Sequence record: SRR31156797_1634
Strand: one strand, 5' to 3'
Length of the DNA: 42,567 nucleotides
The notes under the pieces were generated by a model. The model was not told where the DNA came from. It searched no databases and worked only from the letters and a program-made list of their open reading frames with translations. The translations under genes were made by a program, and so were the position numbers. Below, one piece after another: positions 19,807-26,277 of this stretch. Positions within the stretch are counted from its first letter, which is position 1; the number at the start of each line of letters is the position of its first letter.

Positions 19807-21396
19807 TTATCTCTTCAACTGAATCAATTCGCCTAAAAGCTGATCAGCTGTAGTGATCGCCTTACTATTGGCCTGAAAACCGCGCTGGGTGGTGATCAGC
19901 TTGACCATTTCATCCCCCACATCGACGTTGGATTGCTCCAATTTGTTGGAGGCGATGGACCCCAGCGGGCCTGTTCCGGCACGTCCTGTCAATGCAGGGC
20001 CGGAATCGCGGGTCTTGGAGAAAAGATTTCCCCCTTCGCGGCGCAACCCGTACTGGTTGTTGAAGTTGGCGAGAGTAAGCACATAGAGATCGAGCACCTG
20101 ACCATTGGAATAACGACCGGTGACAACGCCGTCGCGATCGACCTCCACGGCCTGAAGGAACCCCGCTCCGTAACCGTTCTGGGACTGGGAGTTACGGGCA
20201 TTACCGGTATCGTAGGAAGTTGAATAAGAGGCACTCCGTTTGGGAGAACTGAAGTTGGGGACCTTTGCCAAAGTAGTGCCTACGGTAGAGGCATCAGCAG
20301 GTGTCGGGGTGGACCAAGTGGGCGGATTGCTGCCGTTGCTCAAACCGAAATCAAGGGTAATGGGATTAGCTTTAGCGTCAGTAGCAAGGTTGGCATTAGC
20401 CTTTCCAAGGAAATTGGCAGTAAAAATGGGCTTACCGGACTCTGACATAGGCGAGGGAGTCCAGTTATTAAGATTCTGCATCCCCCCTGTGGCACCGCCT
20501 TTGAGAGAGAAGGAACTCATGCCGATCATCTCCCCGCGCGGGTTGAAAGTCATGGTTCCGGTCATGAGCAATCCGGCAGCGGAAGTTGTTTTCAAGGCAG
20601 TACCACCGATTGTCCGGCCATCCTCGTTAGGCGGTACAGTAACGATAAATTCATAAACCCTGTTACCAGCAGCATCAGTGGTAACGGTGTTGTCCTTGAC
20701 CGGGTCAAAATAGATAGTCAGGTCATGGGAGGTTCCGCTTTCATCAAAAGTCTTGATGGTGTTCTGAAAGGCATAGCGGTCTGCCGGAAGGGGCGGATTA
20801 TTTTTCCCGTTCCAAGTTTGATGCAGAGAAAAGAACGGCTGTCCGGCCACGTTGCATTTGTCCTCGGCCTTGGAGCTGAGGTTGACGTTCATAGCAATAT
20901 CGGAGGTACGCACCGGCGGCGACTGAAAACGGTCCAGTTTAATATCTGTGGGAGTACCGATGATGTCCGGTTTACCGCTTTCGGAATTAGGATTGACCTT
21001 CCAGCCCTGCACTACATAGCCGTGAGGATCAGTAAGTACACCCTGCTTGTTGAAGATAAAATTCCCGGCCCGGGTATAATAAGTTGCATCAGTGTCCGGG
21101 TGACGGACGGAGAAAAAGCCCTTGCCGCCAATAGCTACGTTTGTGGCCTCAGACGATGGCTCGAAGGGGCCCTGCTTGAAATCACCGTAGATGGAAGCGA
21201 TGCCGACACCATGGCCGACCTGCCCGAGCCCAGCGCCGGTGTTGACCGCGCTGTAAAAAGCATCTTCAAAAGAAGTACGCGCTCCCTTAAAACCGATGGT
21301 GTTGCCGTTGGCAAGGTTGTTGCCGATAATGCTCATAGCCTGACTGTGAGCACGGATGCCGCTGATACCGTTATACATTGATCCTTTCAAACCCAT
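19807..21396 (-). CDS. flgE: Flagellar hook protein
   Basis: IGNNLANGNTIGFK, YYTRAGNF and LEQSNVD...LITTQRGFQANSK. Confidence 0.95.
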   Translation of the reverse strand: MGLKGSMYNGISGIRAHSQAMSIIGNNLANGNTIGFKGARTSFEDAFYSAVNTGAGLGQVGHGVGIASIYGDFKQGPFEPSSEATNVAIGGKGFFSVRHPDTDATYYTRAGNFIFNKQGVLTDPHGYVVQGWKVNPNSESGKPDIIGTPTDIKLDRFQSPPVRTSDIAMNVNLSSKAEDKCNVAGQPFFSLHQTWNGKNNPPLPADRYAFQNTIKTFDESGTSHDLTIYFDPVKDNTVTTDAAGNRVYEFIVTVPPNEDGRTIGGTALKTTSAAGLLMTGTMTFNPRGEMIGMSSFSLKGGATGGMQNLNNWTPSPMSESGKPIFTANFLGKANANLATDAKANPITLDFGLSNGSNPPTWSTPTPADASTVGTTLAKVPNFSSPKRSASYSTSYDTGNARNSQSQNGYGAGFLQAVEVDRDGVVTGRYSNGQVLDLYVLTLANFNNQYGLRREGGNLFSKTRDSGPALTGRAGTGPLGSIASNKLEQSNVDVGDEMVKLITTQRGFQANSKAITTADQLLGELIQLKR

Positions 21397-21423
21397 GAGA
21401 ATCTCCTTTCGGTAAAAAAATAA

Positions 21424-22086
21424 TTAAGCAACAACTCTTGTCACGTTGGACAAAAGCACCTTGCGGCCATCTTCAAGCTCCAGAATATTTTGGCCACCAG
21501 CCGTATTAACGGCTTTGACCTTTCCGGAGACTTCAATATTGGCGAGAACTTTTTTACCTTTGGGGGATTCCGCACGAACTGCGATCCTGTACTGACCGTC
21601 ATCTGCGGCATTGCCGTCTTTATCGTTACCATCCCATTGAAAATCAAATTTTCCGGCAGCCTTGCTACCCATTTCCACAGAGCGGATCAATCCACCGTCT
21701 TTATCATAAATGTCCACATAAACAGACTTGCAGGCTACAGGGAGGGAGATGTTGGCGGAAGTGATATCCGAACCATCTTTGGCCACACCGAATCCTTTGG
21801 CCATGACTGACTTGCCGATGTAACCGGTAGCGTTAACACCGATCACGGTCTTAACTGTCTCAGTCAGGCCATCCATTGCCTTGGAAATATTGGTGAGTCT
21901 TTCAACGGTAGAAAACTGGGCCAGCTGAGCCAGCTGTTCCTTGTTGTCCATGGGATTGACGGGGTCCTGATTCTTGAGTTGGGTAACAAAAAGTTTCAGG
22001 AAAGCGTCTTTGTTAAGATCCTTACTGGGAGTCTTAGGCTTGGCGTTCTTATTTACATTATTTAAATACGTAGTGGCGTCGATCAT
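21424..22086 (-). CDS. flgD: Flagellar hook cap (scaffolding) protein
   Basis: FLKLFVTQLKNQDPVNPMD...QLAQFS and FQWDG motifs; AGGAGG RBS. Confidence 0.95.
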   Translation of the reverse strand: MIDATTYLNNVNKNAKPKTPSKDLNKDAFLKLFVTQLKNQDPVNPMDNKEQLAQLAQFSTVERLTNISKAMDGLTETVKTVIGVNATGYIGKSVMAKGFGVAKDGSDITSANISLPVACKSVYVDIYDKDGGLIRSVEMGSKAAGKFDFQWDGNDKDGNAADDGQYRIAVRAESPKGKKVLANIEVSGKVKAVNTAGGQNILELEDGRKVLLSNVTRVVA

Positions 22087-22100
22087 GATTTCCTCCTGTT

Positions 22101-22245
22101 CTGCACAACAGCTTGGGTCCGGCGTGAAATACGCAAGACAAGTTGATGCGCCTCAAGGAGGCAATCAGCCTATGAACCGGGATTCGGCATGATCAAGGCA
22201 GGAAAGAAACAGTTGATGAAGGGGTAACTGTTTCCAGCTGTGCAG
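22101..22245 (-). other. Candidate structured RNA leader upstream of flgD
   Basis: Closing stem CTGCACAGCTGG / CCAAGCTGTTGTGCAG with bulges; 9-bp hairpin at 22206-22234; small hairpin GCCTC-CTT-GAGGC at 22150-22162. Confidence 0.4.
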
Positions 22246-22279
22246 ACGTGAGAGGAAGTGGGTTGGGGAGGTCTTTCTA

Positions 22280-22594
22280 TCACGCCATGACCTTGAACTC
22301 CCGGTCATTATCGTTATCTGAATCTTTTTCTTCAACAAGCTCCTTGGCTTTTTCAATGCAGTGTCCGCCGAAAGGGGCGACTACCGCTCCTTGGAGGTTG
22401 CGCCTCATCTCCATGACAGCCTTTCTGCAAGACTGGCACTCAGCAAGATGGGCCTCAAGGCTGCTGACCTGTTCATCGGTAGCAGTTCCGTCGAGATACA
22501 TGCATATCTCATCGATTTCCGGGCAGGCAGGAGTCGGTCCGAAAGGAAGGTCCTTATCCGTGCGGCTGCAACTTTTACGTCCGGTTCCGTCCAT
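22280..22594 (-). CDS. Small soluble zf-HC2 (ZAS) anti-sigma-factor-like protein
   Basis: YLDG...LEAHLAECQSC (HxxxCxxC), no transmembrane segment, directly downstream of an ECF sigma gene, GAGGTG RBS. Confidence 0.82.
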   Translation of the reverse strand: MDGTGRKSCSRTDKDLPFGPTPACPEIDEICMYLDGTATDEQVSSLEAHLAECQSCRKAVMEMRRNLQGAVVAPFGGHCIEKAKELVEEKDSDNDNDREFKVMA

Positions 22595-22667
22595 GGAACA
22601 CCTCGTGTTGTTTTGTCTGCCGATTCATCCATGCACCGACAGGGTTTGCTGTGTCCATTAAATCCAT
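22584..22667 (-). promoter_or_regulatory. Cluster of CsrA/RsmA-type ANGGA sites in the anti-sigma leader
   Basis: Four ATGGA within about 80 nt. Two lie in ANGGAN hexaloops: GTTCC-ATGGAC-GGAAC (22584-22599, contains the start codon) and TGTCGGTGC-ATGGAT-GAATCGGCA (22618-22641). Confidence 0.6.
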
Positions 22668-22689
22668 AAAAAGAATTTAATTTACGACA

Positions 22690-23277
22690 CTAACGGGTCA
22701 GTACATAAGATTCTCCACTGACTCCGTGGTAGGAACGAAGCTTAATCAGGGCCTTATGCTTGGCGCTCCTGACTGACTGTTCCTTGATTCCGATAAAATC
22801 GGAAATTTCTGAAATATCTAGCCCGTCCTCAAAGAAAAGCTTCACAATAAGCTTCTGGCGAGGAGAAAGCAGCTGCTCCGGAATATCCAGTCCTTCCTGA
22901 ACCGGATCTGCAGGAGCCTCAAGTTCGTTAATAAAGTCATCCAAAGGAGCTAAACAATACACCCCCTTGCGCAAAAAATCCATGGTCACACTTCTGGAAA
23001 TGACCATCAGCCAGGTTGTAAGCTTGGCTTTATGTGGATCATATCTTTTTAACAGACTTCTATCATTCTGTACAAGACGCAGGAAAACGTTCTGACAAAT
23101 ATCATCAGCATGATGCGGAGAGTAGAACTTAAGCTTACTCTTTAATGTATTATTGATGGTAAAATAAATTATCCCAGAATATTTTTCCACAAAAGTATTC
23201 CAAGAGGACCTATCACCTTCAGTACACTTTCTGATAATATTTACTATTGCCTTCTGTTCTAAGCTCAAAACAATCAC
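22690..23277 (-). CDS. ECF-family sigma-70 factor
   Basis: Region 2 (ADDICQNVFLRL...LTTWLMVISRSVTMDFLRK) and region 4 (LSPRQKLIVKLFF...SEISDFIGIKEQSVRSAKHKALIKLR). GTG start is uncertain. Confidence 0.88.
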   Translation of the reverse strand: MIVLSLEQKAIVNIIRKCTEGDRSSWNTFVEKYSGIIYFTINNTLKSKLKFYSPHHADDICQNVFLRLVQNDRSLLKRYDPHKAKLTTWLMVISRSVTMDFLRKGVYCLAPLDDFINELEAPADPVQEGLDIPEQLLSPRQKLIVKLFFEDGLDISEISDFIGIKEQSVRSAKHKALIKLRSYHGVSGESYVLTR

Positions 23278-23808
23278 CCGATGTCTTTGTTTAATGCTTC
23301 TTAATACTTTCCCTTCATCATAACAGGCTGATTGCCTCCATGGGCATTCTTACAACTGTATACGCAAGGAAAAACCGAAACATCCCCACCTACTTAATCA
23401 AAACTTGATAAAAACTAATCTTTCTTAATTTAATCAAGTCAAAACAAGACCTTAACGGAAACAACTTTTTTCCATTTTACCGAGGGATAAAGACTCATGT
23501 CCCTTACTCATTAAATCCGGCGCGAGGCTGATTTTTCAAAGTAAGCTCATGCCGTAAATACGAGAAACGTATTTGAACTTGAATGAAATCAAAAAAAGTC
23601 CACGCTGATATTCAAAATTGGCAGGAAAGAAACCTGCCGGATTGGTTGTAAGTCAACTTTATATAACTTTATAAATCATCTCAATAGGCAATATTTTCCG
23701 CACATTATAACACAAGAAGAGCATCAAGCCTTGCACTCAAAAAAGCTCATATCTTCAACAGGTTTAACCCAAACAACATCAAGAAAAAGACTTTATCACC
23801 ACAACTTA

Positions 23809-23837
23809 TTGACAAGATAAGTCGCATGGGGCAATAT
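23809..23837 (+). promoter_or_regulatory. Putative sigma70 promoter of the gal operon
   Basis: TTGACA (23809-23814), 17-bp spacer, CAATAT (23832-23837), immediately followed by LacI-type operators. Confidence 0.55.
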
Positions 23838-23841
23838 TTCC

Positions 23842-23877
23842 GAAAACGTTTGCGGTTACGTTTGCACAATCGTTTGC
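23842..23877 (+). promoter_or_regulatory. Three tandem 12-bp LacI-family operator-like boxes
   Basis: GAAAACGTTTGC / GGTTACGTTTGC / ACAATCGTTTGC; a LacI-family gene lies in the operon. Confidence 0.65.
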
Positions 23878-23900
23878 AGAATTCGGAGCAAAGATCAAAA

Positions 23901-24947
23901 ATGAGTAATAATTTTCAAGATTACCCGCATAAAAGATTCAATCCCCTAACCGGGGAATGGGTGCTTGTTTCCCCACATCGCACCAAACGCCCATGGCAGG
24001 GCAAACAGGAAAAACCTTCCCGCAACACCCTGCCTGTTTACGACAACAAATGTTACCTCTGCCCCGGAAACACCCGTAACCAAGGTGCGAGCAATCCTGA
24101 GTACACAGATGTTTTTATTTTCGATAATGACTTCCCCGCCCTGCTCCACGAATCTGTGGACGGCTTCAGTGACGACGATCTTTTTAAAGTTGAACCGGAG
24201 AACGGAGTCTGCCGAGTAGTCTGCTTCTCGCCCCGTCATGACCTGACCATCTCACGCATGCGTCCTGAAAATGTACGCAAAGTAATTGATGCATGGTGCG
24301 ACCAGTATAAAGAACTGGGGGAACGTGAAGATATCGGCTACGTACAGATTTTTGAAAACCGGGGAGACATCATGGGTTGCTCCAACCCGCATCCCCACGG
24401 CCAGATCTGGGCCACCCGCTCCACTCCGGTTATCCCCAAAGCTGAAGATAAGCGCCAGCGGGAGTACCTGGATAAACAAAGGCAATGTTTACTCTGCCGC
24501 TACGTTGAGCGGGAGCTTAAAAAGAAAGAAAGGGTCATTTTCGAGAATGATTCCTTTGTCTCCCTTGTTCCTTTCTGGGCGGTCTGGCCCTTTGAAACCA
24601 TGCTGTTGCCCAAAGCCCACATGGGCGCAATTACTGACATGACTCCGACCCAGCGCGAAGACCTTGCAAATGCGCTGGTGCGCATGGGCATCCGTTACGA
24701 TAATCTTTTCGAAACATCTTTCCCCTACTCCATGGGCATCCACCAGCGCCCGACACAAAACAACAAGAAAGAACACTGGCACTGGCACATCCACTACTAT
24801 CCGCCCCTGCTGCGTTCGGCCACAGTGAAAAAATTCATGGTCGGTTTTGAAATGCTGGGCATGCCTCAACGAGACATCACAGCAGAACAAAGCGCCCAGC
24901 GACTGCGCGACCTGCCGGAAACCCATTATCTGGACCGTGGTGAATAG
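23901..24947 (+). CDS. galT: Galactose-1-phosphate uridylyltransferase
   Basis: RFNPLTGEWVLVSPHRTKRPWQG, CYLCPGN and GCSNPHPHGQIW. ATG 23901 follows GGAG. Confidence 0.95.
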   Translation: MSNNFQDYPHKRFNPLTGEWVLVSPHRTKRPWQGKQEKPSRNTLPVYDNKCYLCPGNTRNQGASNPEYTDVFIFDNDFPALLHESVDGFSDDDLFKVEPENGVCRVVCFSPRHDLTISRMRPENVRKVIDAWCDQYKELGEREDIGYVQIFENRGDIMGCSNPHPHGQIWATRSTPVIPKAEDKRQREYLDKQRQCLLCRYVERELKKKERVIFENDSFVSLVPFWAVWPFETMLLPKAHMGAITDMTPTQREDLANALVRMGIRYDNLFETSFPYSMGIHQRPTQNNKKEHWHWHIHYYPPLLRSATVKKFMVGFEMLGMPQRDITAEQSAQRLRDLPETHYLDRGE

Positions 24948-24948
24948 C

Positions 24949-26271
24949 ATGCATTCTATCGATGCTTACCGTGAACATCTGGAACAGGGCGGTTTTGACA
25001 AGCAATTCAGCCTGATCCATTCCTGCACCAGAATTGAAGAATCGCGGGAGCGCATGCGCAGACTCATGCTCTGCATGCTTGAAAATTTTGACCCCGATGA
25101 AATCTGCTTTGCCAGCGCCCCGGGACGCACTGAGCTGGGCGGCAACCACACCGACCACAACCACGGGCACGTGCTGACCGCAGCAGTTAATCTGGACTGT
25201 CTAGCCGCATTTTCCAAAGCTGAAAATAATGTGGTTACCATTGTCTCTGAAGGGTACAAGCCCATCAAAGTAAATATTTCCGACACAGATCCGCACGAAG
25301 ACGAATATGAAACCAGCGCCGCCATTGTGCGCGGTGTAGCCGACGGTTTCCGTAAACTGGGATTAAATATAGGTGGTTTCAACGCATGCGTACACAGCAC
25401 CATCCCTGCCGGAGCAGGACTTAGTTCATCGGCAGCTTTTGAAGTGCTGGTAGGCCGCATTTTCAACTATCTATTCAATGACAACAAAATTGGCCCACTG
25501 GAAATCGCCAGTATTGCCAAGCAGGCCGAAAATATTCATTTCAACAAGCCCTGTGGATTCATGGACCAGATGGCCTCCTCTTATGAAGGAATCCTGTCCA
25601 TAGACTTTACCGATCCCGCTGATCCGGAGGTAACCCGAGTGGAGCCGGATTTTAAAACCGACAGCTGTGCTGATGGATTTTACGGAACCGGATACCGGCT
25701 CTGCGTAATTGAGACCGGAGGCAGTCACGCCGACCTGACCCCGGATTACGCAGCTATTCCAGAAGAAATGTTTCAAGCCGCTGAATGTTGCGGGCAGGAA
25801 CATGCCAAAGGACTGACCCTGAACAGAATACTGGGAAATATTGACTACATCCGCGAGAACGCCGGAGATCGCGCTGTGCTGCGACTCCTACATTTCATCG
25901 GCGAAGATGAACGAGCTGTGAAACAAGGCCAAGCCCTGCATAAAGGGGATATGCCTGAATTCCTGCGCCTTGTTGCCGAGTCCGGCCATTCGTCCAGAGA
26001 CCTGCTGCAAAACTGCTACAGTCCTGCCACCCCTAAAAGACAGCCCATCCCGCTAGCCCTTACCCTGACCAAACAGATTCTCGGTGCACACGGAGTGGGC
26101 CGGGTCCATGGCGGAGGATTTGCGGGAACCATCCAAGTCTATGTTCATGAGTCTGATTTCAACAGGTACAGCCGTTCCATGAAAAATATTTTCGGCGAAA
26201 ATTCAGTCATTGAATTGTCTATCCGCCAACCGGGCCACGAATTTCTAACTATCCCTCAAAACAGGACGTAA
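24949..26271 (+). CDS. galK: Galactokinase
   Basis: APGRTELGGNHTDHNHG, PAGAGLSSSAA, CGFMDQ and GGGFAG. Confidence 0.92.
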   Translation: MHSIDAYREHLEQGGFDKQFSLIHSCTRIEESRERMRRLMLCMLENFDPDEICFASAPGRTELGGNHTDHNHGHVLTAAVNLDCLAAFSKAENNVVTIVSEGYKPIKVNISDTDPHEDEYETSAAIVRGVADGFRKLGLNIGGFNACVHSTIPAGAGLSSSAAFEVLVGRIFNYLFNDNKIGPLEIASIAKQAENIHFNKPCGFMDQMASSYEGILSIDFTDPADPEVTRVEPDFKTDSCADGFYGTGYRLCVIETGGSHADLTPDYAAIPEEMFQAAECCGQEHAKGLTLNRILGNIDYIRENAGDRAVLRLLHFIGEDERAVKQGQALHKGDMPEFLRLVAESGHSSRDLLQNCYSPATPKRQPIPLALTLTKQILGAHGVGRVHGGGFAGTIQVYVHESDFNRYSRSMKNIFGENSVIELSIRQPGHEFLTIPQNRT

Positions 26272-26277
26272 TCATAC

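Noticed and set aside
15163-21381. Long antisense ORFs such as 15163-15870 and 20725-21381
   Set aside because: They lie entirely opposite well-supported flagellar genes and have no recognisable motifs.
22087-22279. Sigma54 promoter for flgD
   Set aside because: TTGC motifs on the coding strand lack GG at the required GG-N10-GC spacing. The only near match (22185-22199) is on the wrong strand and lacks TT.
22248-22669. Plus-strand ORFs 22248-22661 and 22361-22669
   Set aside because: They are antisense shadows of the zf-HC2 gene, which has a recognisable motif and an RBS.
22157-23339. Sigma/anti-sigma segment as an IS or transposon bounded by terminal inverted repeats
   Set aside because: No transposase or recombinase is in the window and no target-site duplication is evident. 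Inversion by a trans-acting enzyme is kept only as an alternative in the findings.
22087-23900. c-di-GMP (GEMM) riboswitch upstream of the flagellar or sigma genes
   Set aside because: No GGCAAAC...GAAA...GACGCAAAG-type pattern was found by eye on either strand; an Rfam scan would settle it.
23278-23900. Cas12f/TnpB-like partner gene or CRISPR array next to the ECF sigma
   Set aside because: No ORF of suitable size and no regularly spaced repeat-spacer pattern.
23826-23900. N-terminal extension of galT from ATG 23826
   Set aside because: It overlaps the predicted promoter and operators. ATG 23901 has an RBS and fits the family start.
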